Shown: positions 26,286 through 42,164 of the stretch, one piece after another
How the letters are laid out: every line of letters begins with the position of its first letter
Position numbering within the stretch: the stretch's first letter is position 1
Position numbers and translations under genes: made by a program
Notes under the pieces: model-generated
What the model was told of the DNA's origin: nothing
The model's input: the letters and a program-made list of their open reading frames with translations, nothing else
The model's database searches: none
Origin: Pristiophorus japonicus
Taxonomy: Eukaryota
Assembly (NCBI RefSeq): GCF_044704955.1
Contig: NC_091980.1
Location: forward strand, 127,906,001 to 127,970,000
Direction of reading: 5' to 3'
Length of the DNA: 64,000 nucleotides

Positions 26286-27608
26286 ACTGACTGATGAGAT
26301 CAAGCTTATTGTGTTTAGTACTTGTATTTATATAATTGGGATGACCATCCTCTAGGGAATGATGGCTTGTGAGACTTGGGCTCCTGCTGTGACATGTAAC
26401 ATAACTGTAAATAACCTGTTCAATATTGGACTGGATTTTGTCTGTGTATGTGTGAGTGCTTGCTTATTTTTCAATTAACATAAGGTGGTTTACATCAAAC
26501 AAGAATTACATTGAGCTGTGCAACAGTGCTATGGGATTCAGTCCTATGAAATTTGTTTTTTACTCTAGTGTAATAGCGATGTTGTAATTTAAATATTCAG
26601 ACATGGTTGAAAGGCCTAGAACCTTCAAGGGTGTATCTAGACCATTAACAGCCACATGAGATATTGACTGAGGGATAAAGCGTGGTCAGAGACAGATGTT
26701 AGGAAGTATCTTAAATAGATTTAGAGAGGGAATGCCAGAACATGGGACCTAGAGAGTGTAATAAAAATACCTCTTTCCACTAGTGAACATTCTTTCTTTC
26801 CTTACATAAATCACAACTCAACTCATTACATCAACTTGTAACTTGTTGAATTATGTGTTAAATAAGCATGGGCACATTGCCCAGTAAATCAGAATTTCTT
26901 TCCTGGATTAGCATCCTATTTAGTGTGTCGGCCTTGGAATTAGCAGTTTGTATTCAGTAGCTGCTAATTTGCTAATGCTGGTTATGGAGTAACTGAACTG
27001 ACCATTCCTGCTATAGACTTTGTTAAGCTTTGTAGGCAGAGCAGCGACTGCTGTACAGACCAGCAATGTCCAAGTGCCTTGAAACCCAGGCGCTACAATT
27101 GGGTGAGGAGGGCAAGCAACAGGTGGCATCAGCTTGCTGTCATGCCTCATTGGTTAGTGTGGTGGTTCAGGGACAGATTCTCATCTGCTCAATGCAATGG
27201 CATGGTTGAATAACTTGCCAAAATGACCTTGGCTTGCATGAATAAGGAATTGGGTAAGGTATTGAAGTAATATGTGTGTAACCTTACTCCCAAAACGTAT
27301 TGTCCTTCTGGAAAGAGTATATGTATTTCATTAAATACGCAAAGCAAAAGGCCCAAGAAGTTAAACACACACCTCTGGGAAAAACATTTACCCCACCCAT
27401 GCTCCAATGCCTAATGCCTCACTAAATGTGGAAGTGATGGAGTATCTGAGCACTTGTGTTTGACACATTGATCACGAGCACTTTGCAATCATCTGACCGA
27501 CTTTTGGTGGCTTTGCACACTCATTGATTTGTTTGGATGTTGCAGAAAATCCGCAGATACTTGCGAATGTCCAATGCACAGAACCATCCAGAACTATTAA
27601 AAAGACAC

Positions 27609-30600
27609 TGTTCTGTCTTCAGATGCTCTGTTAATGACTCCACGAGACAATGTGTTGTGCTTGAACTGTTGTGACCTTAGTCCATTTAATGTAACTCTAA
27701 AGTGAGGATCACTCTGGAGTTACATTGTACAGTTGTGCCAGGTCTAGTATAGGTAACCTACAAATCTCCCACTGCAGTGCCCTCTGGTGGCATACCTTGT
27801 AATAGTACAATCAGTAACCATCTAGGATACATGACATCACTCTTCCCCAAGTCCTTAGTGCAAATCGCCTTTGCATTGATTGCACTCTGGGCTTAGCTCG
27901 ATCTGGTTGACATTTGGAGGGTCGTTTCCATCTTGGGTGAGTAGGTGGTGTTTCAGTAGAGGTGCTGGTGGCTTCTATTTGTGCATCCATGACCACTCCA
28001 TTCTTTTCTCCCTGCACGTACAGATTGTGCCGTTGGCTCATTACATTCTTGTTCATTTGAGTCCAAAAATTTTTTTTTACAGTATTACATTTGTGGTACC
28101 GTAGAGAGGCAAGTACATTTGAATGGTGAGGTATATACTTGGAACATACTTGGAGTCAGTGCTGGGGTCAGCACCGGTGCGTGAGGACAAACTAGTGCCA
28201 GAACTGTTGGATGGTGTCCAGGTAGTCTGGTGGTGGCGCTGTGCCCAGTGCTGGCAGTGGCAACCCAGTTGGCTCAAGTTACCTGCTCTCGGGGCTTTTC
28301 CCTTTGCTCCTAGCGTCGGGCAGGTTCACAGATGCCTGTGACCTCCTTGTCCTCTCCATGTGCCCTGGATCACTACTGCTCCCTGAGGAGCAGTCGTCTA
28401 GCAGTGCACAGGGAACTGCTGACTCGCTTGCCTCGGCATTATTTGGTTTATGATCCTGGCTGGTCCCAGTCACATTTGGGGGAGCTGTTGTGGGTGAGCC
28501 GTCGTTCCCGGGTGTAGCTTTGGTGGTGATAGGGTCTGGGGGCTGCGCCTTAGCATGGTTTGCTCTTTCGGCCTAATAGCAGTTGGTGCCATTGGGTGCC
28601 TGAGAGGTGGAGCCGATCGGGGGCAGTGTATCAATACCAATGCAATTGCCCTCTTGAGATCGCTTGCTCTGCAGCTTGTATATGTTAGCTACTTGTGGCC
28701 ACACTCCGTGGTGCATCATTCTGGTTCCAGGGATGCAGGCTACAGCATTGGGTAGCTCACTGGACTTTTGTGCTCCCGATGAGCGTTTGCCCGCTGCATT
28801 GACTGTATGCAGTTGAAATCCTACATTGCACAACGTTTCATTACTCACTGTAAATAACCTGTAGCTCTGATCGCAATCACGTGACTTTTCTTTGCTTATT
28901 GCATGTACACAACTCTGATCATCAGTTACACATTTTACATCTAACTTACAGTTGCTATTACATTGATCTAGAGTGTGGAACGGTCCCTTTAAGTTTGGTG
29001 AGATGCAGGCCTCCTTTAAGAGAGCCTTGCTATCTTTACCCCAATCCTCTTCTTCACTTGGTGCTATGTGTTGCTCCATCAGCGCTGCACCTCATGGTCT
29101 GGCTGCCGCCATCTTTTTCTTAAGCCCCTCACCTCGTGGTTTGGGCGACATCTTTCTTCCATCCAGCTGTCGACTGCTGTGATCCTCTTCTCCCCGGGTT
29201 CTGCCACTGAGGCTGGGAAGTCACCTCTGGATCCGATTTTCTTCCTCCGGAGTCCTGCCACAGGAGCCCGGAAAGTGCATTCAGGTCGTCTCAGCTGGAT
29301 CATCTCCACGCAGTCATGCTGAGCTGTCTGTGCCACGGGTGCTGTGCTGGTCTGCTCTCTGGTGCCGGATCCAACCTCAGTTGAGGGTGTGTTTTGCCTC
29401 TGAGCGCGGAGCATGTCGATCGCTGGAGGGGTGAAATCTTTCCAGCGCCAATAGATTAGTGAAGACTAATTTAGGTCCCTTGCAGTTAGAATCAGGTGAA
29501 TTAATAATGGGGAACAAGGAAATTGCAGACAAATTGAACAAATACCTGGTTCTGTCTTTACTAAGGAAGACACGAATAACCTCCCGAAAATACTAGGGGA
29601 CCGATGGTCCAGTGAGAAGGAGGAACTGAGGGAAATCCTTATCAGTCAGGAAATGGTGTTAGGGAAATTTAAGGGACTGAAGGCCGGTAAATCCCCAGGG
29701 CCTGATAGTCTGCATCCCAGAGTACTGAAGGAAGTGGATCTAGAAATAGTAGATGCATTGGTGGTCATTTTCCAAATTCCATGGACTCTGGATCAGTTCC
29801 TATGGATAGGAGGGTAGCTAATGTAATCCCACTTTTTAAAAAAGGAGGGAGAGAGAAAACAGGGAATTATAGACCAGTTAGCCTGACATCAGTGGTGGGG
29901 AAATGCTGGAATCAATTATTAAAGATGTAATAGCAGCGCATCTGGAAAGCAGTGACAGGATCGGTCCAAGTCAGCATGGATTTATGAAAGGGAAATCATG
30001 CTTGACAAATCTAGAGTTTTTGAGGATGTAAGTAGTAGAGTGGATAAGGGAGAACCAGTGGATTAGTGTATTTGGACTTTCAAAATGCTTTTGACAAGGT
30101 CCCACACAAGAGATTAGTGTGCAAAATTGAGGCATATGGTATTGGGGGTAATGTATTGACGTGGATAGAGAACTCGATGGCAGACAGGAAGCAAAGAATG
30201 GTAATAAATGGGTTCTTTTCAGAATGGCAGGCAGTGCCGAGTGGGGTGTTGCAGGGTTCAGTACTGGGACCCTGAGCTATTTACAATATACATTAATGAT
30301 TTAGACAAAGGAATTGAAGGTAATATTTCCAAGTTTGCAGATGACACTAAGATGGGTGGCAGTGTGAGCTGTGAGGTGAATGTTAAGAGGCTGCAGGGTG
30401 ACTTGGACAGGTTAGGTGAGTGGGCAAATGCATGGCAGATGCAGTACAATGTAGATAAGTGTGAGGTTATCCATTTTGGTGGCAAAAACAGGAAGGCAGA
30501 TTATTATCTGAGAGGTAACAGATTAATAAAAGGGGAGGTGCAAAGAGACCTGGGTATCATGGTACATCAGTCATTGAAGGTAGGCATGCAGGTACAGCAG

Positions 30601-32734
30601 GCAGTAAAGAAAGCAAATGGCATGCTGGCCTACATAGCGAGCAAATTTGAGTAGAGGAGCAGGGAGGTCTTACTGCATTTGCACAGGGCCTTCGTGAGAC
30701 CACACCTTGAGTTTTGGTCTCCTCTTCTGAGGAAGACCATGCGTGCTATTGAGGGAGTGCAGCGAAGGTTCACCAGACTGATTCCCGGGATGGCAGGACT
30801 GGCATATGAGGAAAGACTGGATTGGCTAGACTTATACTCACTGGAAGTTAGAAGGATGAGAGGGGATCTCATCGACACTTATACAATTCTGACGGGACTG
30901 GACAGGTTAGATGCAGGTCGAATGTTCCCGATGCTGGGGAAGTCCAAAACCAGGGGTCACAGTCTAAAGATAAGGGGTAAGCCATATAGGACCGAGATAA
31001 GGAGAAACTTTTTCACCCAGAGAGTTGTGAACCTGTGGTATTCTCTGCCACAGTAAGTTGTTGAGTTCAGTTCGTTGGACATATTCAAAAGGGAGTTAGA
31101 TGTGGCCCTCACGGCTAAAGGGATCAGGGGGTATGGAGAGAAGGCAGGGGTGGAGTGCTGAGATTGCATGATCAGCAATGATCATATTGAACGGCGGTGC
31201 AGGCTCGAAGGGCCGAATAGTCTGCTCCTGCACCTATATTTTATGTTTCTATGTTTCTCCATCCACCTTCTTCTGAGTAGGGTTGGTCCATCACCTGCAA
31301 CAATCCACAGGGGTAACTTGTGCACCATGCCATCATGGAGTACCTTTACATCCACGCTACCAATAACTGGGATAAATTCATTGCTGTAGGTGCGCAGGTT
31401 TGCCTGAACCAGGACCAACTTCAGCCTGATTGTCCCATAGACTCTCAAAGGCTTCTTGATTCATTTCTGACTGGCTTTCCCCGTGTCCACTTCCATGAAG
31501 ACTGGAACGCCATTTCTCTCGACTTCCATCCTCAACGGAGAACATTTGGTGGTGCAGGTAAACACGCCATATACCTCATCGTGGGGCTGAGCTGCCTCTC
31601 TGACTATCGCTTCATAATCCACGCTGGATTCATGGCCATCTGCAGACTCTTCATCAACACAGTGAGTCATATTTATTTTACACATTCGCTGGTGGTGGCT
31701 CTTTGTGCTGCAGCCTTTACACACATAGGCTTTAAAACGGCACTGGTGAGCCCTGTGATTCCCTCCGCAATGCCAGCATGGTGCTACTCGATTAGCCCCC
31801 CTCAGCGGCTTCTGAGTTAAGTGACTCGGGGGCCTGTTCTCTCTCTCCTGAGAAGATTCACATTCTACAGTCCAGCCTCTAAAAAGTGCCATTCAGTGCA
31901 CAGTACTTGCCAGGTTTGAGTCGTGAGGATGTGTCATCTGCCGAGAGTCGCAGGTCGAGGACATGAATGCTTGGCTCATAGAGATGGTGTTCTGCAGTGT
32001 GACAGTGGTATCCGTAGATATCCTTATGAAGAAAGCCCTCATGGCCGATTCCGATGACAATGATATCCCACAGCCCTTCGGTGAGGTGATCGGCGAAATC
32101 ACACGGTGCCGCCAGCCTCCTGAGGCCTGCAGCATATTTCCCAATTTCCTGGCCTTCCGGCCATCGATGTGTATAAAACCGGTGTCTGGCTGTGACGATG
32201 CTCTCTTTGGGCTTGAGTTGTTCTTGGATCAGCGTTACAAGCTCCTCGTACGTCTTGGTCATTGTCGTCGCTGGTACCAGCAAGTCCCTGACGAAGCCAT
32301 AGATGGTGGGCCCACAACTGGTTAGCAGGACAGCTCTGCGCTTATCAGCCAGAGTGGCCGGATTGTCGCCTGCCAGGTCATTTGCTGTGAAGAAATGGTC
32401 AAGCCTCGCCACAAAGGCATCCCAATCATCACCATCGGTGACCTGCTGCAACGTACCAATGTTAGCCGTTTTCGAGTGAAGGTCCGCAATCTTGTCGCCA
32501 ATTGTTATGTCTTCAGATGCTCTAATATGACTCCACAAGACAATGTGTTGTGCTTGAACTGTAGTGACCTTAGTCCATTTAATGTAACTCCAGAGTGAGG
32601 ATCACACATGGTGGCCTGCCTTTTATACTCGACCTGGCACATCTGTACAGGTAACCTACAAGTCTTCCACTGCAGTGCCCTTTGGTGGCATACCTTGTAA
32701 TAGTACAAGCAGTATCCATGTAGTATGCATGACA
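27609..32734 (-). mobile_element. LTR element D, copy 2 (both LTRs)
   Basis: Paralog of 11626-16591; TSD GACAC 27604-27608 / GGCAC 32735-32739; empty site AAAAAGACACTAACTC seen at ~43033. Confidence 0.88.
29455..31255 (+). mobile_element. CR1 LINE in element D copy 2 (same insertion as 13333-15120)
   Basis: Same junctions and RT motifs YLDFQNAFDKVPH, FADD. Confidence 0.93.
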
Positions 32735-32815
32735 GGCACTAACTTGCAAACAACAGAGATTTCAATGAACCTTCCAAGGTGGCCATTAACTGGTCCAGGA
32801 GAGTGTGGTTGATGA

Positions 32816-35800
32816 TGTCATGTTTGTAACCGCCATGCAATGGTAATCTTCATGTAACTGTGACCTTCATGCAAATCCTGTACACTGTACTTATACCTTA
32901 GAAATGCACACCCTGACCACAGGGGGTGAACTTGCGGGAGACACTCCTCACCTGGGTTTCCAGGTATAAAAGGGAAGGTCCCACCCAGGGTCAGCATTCC
33001 TTGGTCCTGGGCAATAAAGGTAAAGGTCACTGAGTGACTGGTCTGCTATACATGGCTCATGTGAATTTGTAGTAAGGTGCAGGGACACCACATTTGGCGA
33101 CGAGAAACGGGAATCACTGAACCACGAGGATGGCCACCGGTAGCACAGAGGAACGTTACTGCGTGGGTGAGAACTGGGACGACTTCGTGGAAAGACTCCA
33201 GCAGAGCTTCATCACGAAGGACTGGCTGGGAGCGACAGCGGCTGACAAGCGGAGGGCGCATCTACTGACTAGCTGCAGACCACAGACGTATGCGCAGATG
33301 AAAGACCTACTCGCACCCCAAAAGCCAGCGGACAAGTCCTTTGAAGAGCTCAGCCAGCTGATCAGTGAGTATCTCAAGCCGGCGAGTTGCTCAGCACCAG
33401 TTCGACACAGACCGGCGTCGGGAGGGTCAAAACGTCTCGGACTTCGTTGTGGACCTGCGGCGCTTGGCCAGTCTCTATAAGTTCACAGAAGCCTGCAGGT
33501 GGGAGATGTTAAGGGATTTCTTCATCGAGGGTATTAATCATGCGGGGATTTTCAGGAAGTTCATAAAGAACAAGGACTTGACTTTAGAAGGAGCGGCGTT
33601 GATAGCTCAGACCTTCATGGCAGGGGAAGAGGAGACCAAGCTAATTTACGCACACAGCCCTGGTCCCAACGTGGCGATGGACCAGCGAGTTAATATGGGT
33701 AATGCAGCTTGGGACCCCGCAGGCAGGCAAGGGCATTTCAAAACCGCCCAGGCAGCAACAGACTCCAGGGTGGGCCTGCAACAGGGACAAAGGAAAGGGG
33801 ATCGGCAATTCACACCATCACGAGGAACAATGCGTCCCGGGATGGGACCATTAACACCCACCATCAGAGTGCCTAGAAACAACCAAATGGGCAATCAGAG
33901 AGGAATGCCTGGTAACAGTCCCTTTGTTAACAACAATCTCAGCTCATGCTGGAGGTGCGGGGTTAGACATACTGCGAAAAGCTGCAGGTTCCAGCAATAT
34001 ACCTGTCGGATTTGTAACGTCAGTGGACACTTGGCCAGGATGTGCAAAAAGGCTGTAGCGAGGCTAATCTGCAAGACAGAAGAACCAGACGAGGGGTCTG
34101 CAATACAGGATGATACCTGGGGAAAAGCCATGGATGCTGAAGTTCAGCGGGTTGACGTGGCTGACATCCACAGCTCATACACTAAAATGCCACCCATGAT
34201 GATGAAAGTTTTATTGAATGGCATCCCGGTGCACATGGAGCTGTATACGGGAGCTAGCCAGTCACTTATGATTGCCCAACAATTTGACAGACTATGTCCA
34301 CACAGAGCTCGCAGGCCCAAACTGGAACGCATTGAGACGCAGCTACGGACATACGCCAAAGAGATCATCCCAGTGCTGGGCAGTGCAAACTTGGTGGTAA
34401 CACATAATGGATCACAGAACCGGCTGCCACTCTGGATTGTCCCGGGAAATGGCCCCGCGCTCGTGGGAAGGAGTTGGCTAGCTGAGATGAATTGGAAATG
34501 GGGGGATGTGCACGCCATTTCATCTGTGGAGTGAAGTTCATGCTCACAGGTCCTACAAAAATTCGGGTCACTGTTTCAATCCGGTGTCGGAATGTTCAAG
34601 GGCACCAAAGTAGTGATACACATCACTCCGGACGCCAGACCAGTGCACCACAAAGCCAGAGCGGTGCCGTACGTGATGCGTGAGAAAATTGAAAGAGAAT
34701 TGGACAGGCTGCTCAGAGACGGCATAATTTCGGCCGTTAAATTTAGCGACTGGGCAAGTCCCATCGTTCCTGTCCTTAAAGCAGATGGCTCGGTCAGGAT
34801 TTGTGGCGACTACAAAGCCACCATCAACCGACTGTCGCTGCAAGACCAATACCCGCTCCCGAGAGCGGAGGACCTCTTTGCCACGCTGGCAGGTGGCAGG
34901 CTGTTCACGAAGCTGGACCTCACTTTGGCCTACATGACTCAGGAACTGGCTGAAGAATCCAAGCTTCTGACCACCATCATGACGCACAACAGGTGTCTGT
35001 TTAGCATTTGTTTGGCGGCAGCTATCTTTCAGAGAAACATGGAAAGCTTGCTCAAATCCATTCCTGGAACAATCGTATTCCAAGATGACATTCTTATAAC
35101 GGATCGAGACACCGAGGAACACCTCCACAACCTGGAGGAGGTGCTATGCTGACTGGACCAGGTAGGCTTGCGGCTGAAAAAGGCCAAGTGTGTGTTTTTG
35201 GCCCCAGAGCTCGAGTTTTTGGGCAGGATGGTTGCCGCAGACGGGATCCGGCCCACTGAATCAAAAACCGAGGCGATCTGCCAGGCACCCAGACCCGGCA
35301 ACACGTCAGAGTTGCGATCATTCCTGGGACTTTTGAACTATTTTGGGAACTTTCTGCCGCACATTGTTGGAACCGTTACACATGCTCCTGCGAAAAGGTT
35401 GTGAATGGCTTTGGGGGGACTGTCAAGAACGGGCTTTCAATAAGGCGTGGAACCTGCTGTGTTCCAACAAACTGTTGACTTTGTATGACCCCTGTAAAAA
35501 ACTAGTTTTAATGTGCGATGCATCGTCCTATGGGGTCGGGTGTGTGTTGCAGCAGGGTAATGATGACGGCCGACTCCAACTGGTGGCTTATGCCTCCAGG
35601 TCACTCTCCCAGGCAGAGCGTGGATACAGCATGATAGAAAAGGAAGCACTCGCTTGTGTTTACGGTGTGAAAAAGATGCACAAGTACCTTTTTGGTAGAC
35701 GGTTCGAGCTAGAGACGGACCACAAGCCATTAACATCCCTGTTGTCTGACACCAAGGCTGTCAATGCCAATGCGTCAGCTCGCATACAGCGATGGACCCT

Positions 35801-37571
35801 TACACTGGCTGCATATGACTACACCATACGGCACCGGCCAGGCCCCGAAAATTGCTCTGATGCGCTCAGCAGGCTCCCACTGGCCACCACCGAGGAGGCG
35901 TCGGAACAGAGCACTGAGATGTTCATGGCCGGTTGAGGCTTTTGACTCCGCAGGCTCCCCCATCACAGCCCGCCAGATCAAACTCGGGACTAACAGAGAC
36001 CCCCTCCTGTCCATGATAAAGAAATATGTCCTGACTGGAGATTGGGCACCCACACACAGGGCGTGCCCTGAGGAGGTCAGACCATTTCAGAGACGGATTG
36101 ATGAGCTCTCCATCCAAGCCAACTGCCTGCTATGGGGCAGCAGGGTAGTCATGCCCCAGAAAGGAAGGGAAGCATTCATCAGGGAACTCCACAGCGAGCA
36201 CCCTGGCATCGTGTTAATGAAGGCCATTGCCTGGTCACATGTATGGTGGCTGGTGATTGACTCAGACCTGGAACACTGGTTTAGCAGCTGGGCAATGCCA
36301 GGGAGGCCCCACTCAGCCCGTGGCCCTGGCCCACCAGGGCATGGTCACGTATTCACGTGGACCATGTGGGCCCGTTCATGGGGAAAATGTTCCTGATCAT
36401 TGTCGATGCATACTCAAAATGGATCGAATGCATCATATTAAACTCGTGCACGCATCCATCACTGTGGAGAGTCTGCGTACGGTTTTCGCATCCCACGGCT
36501 TGCCGGACATCCTGGTCAGCGACAATGGCCCGTGTTTCACCAGCCATGAATTCCAGGAGTTTATGTCGGGCAATGGTATCAAGCACATCTGGACAGCGCC
36601 ATTCAAGCCGGCTTCCAATGGCCAGGCGGAACTTGCGGTCCAAGTCATAAAACAAGGCATGCTTCGCATCCAAGGACCCTCCCTTCAGTACCGCCTATCG
36701 CGACTCCTGCTGGCCTACAGGTCCCGCCCGCACTCGCTCACGGGAGTCCCGCTAGCGGAACTCCTCATGAAACGCACGCTTAAAACTCGGCTGTCCCTCA
36801 TCCACCCAGCCCTGGCAGACATTGTTGAGGGCAAGCGCCAGTCCCAAACTGAGTTCCATGATCGAAACTCAAGGGGGAGGTGTATAGAAATGGATGACCC
36901 GGTATTTGTTCTTAACCATGCTTTGGGACCCAAGTGGCTTGAGGGCACTGTAATTGGCAAAGAAGGGAATAGGAGCATAGTGGTCAGACTAAACAATGGG
37001 CAGATATGCCACAAACACTTGAACCAAATAAAAAAAAGGTTCAGCATAGACAAGGAGGAACCTGAAGAAGAGCATGAGATGTCACCCACACCACTGCCAG
37101 TGGACGAGCAACAAGGACAGTCCACAGCATGCACAGTCCCTGCGGCCAGCCCGGACAGGCTGGAATCACCTCAGTTGACAGAGACGCGTGCTGAAGCTCA
37201 GCCACCAGAGCCACAACTGCGGCGCTCCACGAGAGAGCGTCGACCACCTGAAAGACTTAACCTTTGAGACAAAAAGACGTAAGGGGGGAGGTGATGTCAT
37301 GTATGTAACCATCATGCAATGGTAATCTTCATGTAACTGTAACCTTCATGCAACTCCTGTACACTGTACTTATACTCTAGAAATGCACACCCTGACCACA
37401 GGGGGTGAACTTGTGGGAGACACTCCTCACCTGGGTTTCCAGGTATAAAAGGGGAGGACCCACCCAGAGTCAGCACTCCTTGGTCCTGAGCAATAAAGGT
37501 TAAGATCACTGAGTAACTGGTCTGCTACCCATGCCTCAAGTGAATTTGTAGTAAGGTACAGGGACACCACA
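32816..37571 (+). mobile_element. Full-length Ty3/Gypsy LTR retrotransposon 'C' (decayed)
   Basis: 277-bp LTRs 32816-33092 and 37295-37571 (TG..CA), PBS TGGCGACGAG 33095 (tRNA-Ser-like), PPT AAGGGGGGAGG, TSD GATGA/GATGC; inserted in the old Tx1 tail. Confidence 0.95.
33130..37267 (+). pseudogene. gag-pol of element C
   Basis: Two CCHC-like motifs, protease (YTGAS), RT WASPIVPV/RICGDYK/FQDD, single RNase H CDASSYGVG/EKEAL/TDHKPL, integrase SDNGPCF/PASNGQAE; multiple frameshifts. Confidence 0.92.
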
Positions 37572-37894
37572 GATGCGGTGTTCTCTCCATCTGCCTGCCT
37601 CTCTTCTGTGGCTATGTCCGTGCCCGGGTGTCCCTAGAGCGGGAGCACACGATGTCTGCTGGAATGCTGGAGGCTTTTTGTGACTGTGGGCACCAGAGGG
37701 ACTGAGTGCAGTGTTGATACAGGGAACTAAATTATAATTTGAAGAGTGTTTGTTAGTTTTTTCACATTTGGATCTTATTGTTTATTCATCCTTATAAAGG
37801 GGAGACTTATGGTTTAATTTTTTCCCAATTGATTAGCCTAAAGAGTAGAGGATTCATTTAAGCCTGTGATGCTGAAAATTTGAACTGTGTTTGA

Positions 37895-38169
37895 GGAAAG
37901 TTAGGACAATTGTGATCCTCATTGAGATGTCAGCCAATGATGCTCATTCTTCAAAGATCTGACTGGCTCTGGGAGTCCATCTCCCCTCCTCCCTTTATGT
38001 GATTGGCGCTCTGAGAAGCTGCAACTTCTGATTGGGTATTGAGGACTGTCACTCATCCTGTAGGTTGCCACGCCCTGGATTATCCAGTCGTATAAATACA
38101 GGAGTTTGCAGTTGGCTAAATCTTAGTTTGTTGCTTCAACAAACTTTAGATTTGTGAAAAAGAATGAAG
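37895..38169 (+). promoter_or_regulatory. Ferritin copy 2 promoter/5' UTR
   Basis: CCAAT 37934-37938, two ATTGG, GCCACGCCC, TATAAAT 38091-38097; hairpin 38118-38153. Confidence 0.75.
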
Positions 38170-39841
<1,672 letters not shown>

Positions 39842-39971
39842 TGGGATCAACTAATTCTGTTTAGTACTTGTATTTATAATAACTGGGACTCCTGTCCGGT
39901 ACTGACTGATGGCTTGCGATGTTGTACAAAGATTGGAGATGAGCATCTTGGTGTGATGTAACATAACTGTA

Positions 39972-39977
39972 AATAAA
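39972..39977 (+). terminator. Polyadenylation signal of ferritin copy 2
   Basis: AATAAA ~130 nt after stop, paralogous to 19098. Confidence 0.75.
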
Positions 39978-40859
39978 TTGTTCAACATTGGATTGGATTT
40001 TGTCTCCTTGTATGTTTGAGTAGTTGATTATTTTTCATTGAACAACATGATGTGATTGTCCTCAAACAAAATTACACTAAGCTGTGGAACAGTGTTATGG
40101 GACTCAGTCCTATGAAATTTATTTTTCCTCTGGGTTGTATTGAGTTTGGTATATTCCGACACCTGTTCCAAGGTGTGAAATGTGTGAGGGTGTGTTAAGA
40201 CCATTAACAGCCACATGAGATATTAATTAAGTGATAAAGCATGGTCAGAGGTCTGTTTTAAGGAGTGCCTTAAATAGGTTCAGAGAGAGAATGGCAGAGC
40301 TTGGGATCTGGATAGCGGATTGAAAATACCTGTTGCCACTAGTGAACCTTCTCTCAACCATTACATAACTGACCACTTCCATACAACAACATCAAAGTTG
40401 CTGTAAGATATGTTAAACACTGGGAATGTTTCCCACTAAAGCAGAGTGTCACCATTTCAGACCAGTGAAGAAAGTGTCCTGGATTAGTATCCTATTTAAC
40501 AGCTGCAGATCTTGTTCAGTTATTATTGCAGGTTGTTCAGTAACTGACTTCACCATTGCTGCTGTAGACTTTCTGTTTTGCTTTGTAGGCAGAGCAGCAA
40601 TTGCTGTACAAACCAGCAATGTCTGAGTGCATTGAACCCTGGGGACTACAATTGGGTGAGGAGAGAAAGCAACAGGTGCCATGAGCTTGCTGTCACAGCT
40701 TCATTGGTTAGTATGGCTACCCTAGTGTGGTGGTTCTGGTACAGATTCTCTTCTGCCTGCTCCCTTCATGATTGAATAACTTGCCAACATGATCTATGCT
40801 CACATATGGTAGTGAAGGTCTGCCTGTGCAACTGGACTCCATTTCCCAGTTGTACTCTA

Positions 40860-41740
40860 ACCCCTGTCCCCTCACTCGCAGAACTATGATACAGTTCCCC
40901 TTGTCCTCACGTTCAACTGATCATCCTCTGACATTTCATCCACCTCTAGAGCGATCCTACTAGCAAACACATCTTCCCTTTCCCTCCACTTTCAGCATTC
41001 TGAAGGGACCTCTCTGTCCGTGGTACTCTGGTCCTCAATCACCCAAAAGGCCCCCTCCCTTTTCCACAGTACATTCCCGTGAAAGTGTAGGAGATGCAAC
41101 ACCTGCCCTTTTACCTCCTCCCTTCCTACTGTTCAGAGAATCAAACACTCCTTCCAGGTTAAACAGTGATTTACTTGTACTTGCAATTTAGTTTACTCTA
41201 TTCGCTGCTCACGATGCGGTCTCCTCTACATTGTGGAGACCAAATCGTCTCTTCTTCTTAGGCAGTCCTTCGGTGTTGAGGATGAATTGCTTCCACACTC
41301 AAAATGAGTTCTCAGGTGACTGAAAAGGCCAATGGAGGACCTACAGTCTCTGTCACAGGTGGGGCAGACGGTGATTGGAGGAACGGGAGGTTGGGGTGCA
41401 TGGGTTGCTGCACGCTCCTTCCGCTGTCGACGCTTGGCTTGACCTTGCTCTCAGCGAAGAGACTCAGGGTGTTCAGTGCCTTCCCAGATGCGTTTCCTCC
41501 ACTTTGGGCGGTCTTGGGCCAGGGATTCCAGGTGTCAATGGGGATGTTGCACTTTTTCATGGAGGCGTTGAGGGTGTCCTTGAAGCGTTTCCTCTGTCCA
41601 CGTGGGGCTCACGCCGTGGCAGAGCACCGAGTAGAGCGCTTGTGTAGGGAGTCACGTGTCAGTCATGCAGACTGTGGCCCGTCCAGCGGAGCTGATCGGG
41701 TGTGGTCAATGCTTCGATGCTGGGGATGTTGGCCTGAGCG
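40860..41740. mobile_element. Penelope fragment (+) followed by RTE 3' fragment (-); paralog of 19975-20830
   Basis: Near-identical to block downstream of ferritin copy 1. Confidence 0.8.
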
Positions 41741-42164
41741 AAACCTGTTTCAGTGAACACGTTCCTGGTGTTTCCAAAATAGAAAGACTACCAGCTGTAA
41801 TTCTTGGGGGTTGTCTATGCAGAAGGTACAGACTCTGTACTGTAACAGCACGCCCTTGGCAAAGTGGTTCAAACATGAGGGGCAAGGTCTTACCATGACC
41901 AGATTACACTGAAATCCCTTTCTCCAGTTCACCCAACTTTAAAACCGGTTGAAGGCTAAGATTAGATTTGTAGCTATGTCCATCTTAGGGCACCACGGAA
42001 CCAAAGTCAATATTCTGGAGGGGAAGAGATTAAAACAGCCACATGCCCAAGCAAATCAGTTTTGATCAAGATCACAACCTATTTCTCAGCAGAAGTAGTT
42101 CTTGTTTAATGCAAGGTCACACGACATTGATCTGAAAATGTGTTCAGTTAAAAGAAGAAAAGGA

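Noticed and set aside
33365-34534. 389-aa ORF as a domesticated gag gene
   Set aside because: Lies inside an LTR-bounded element with frameshifts on both sides and a mutated protease Asp (YTG)
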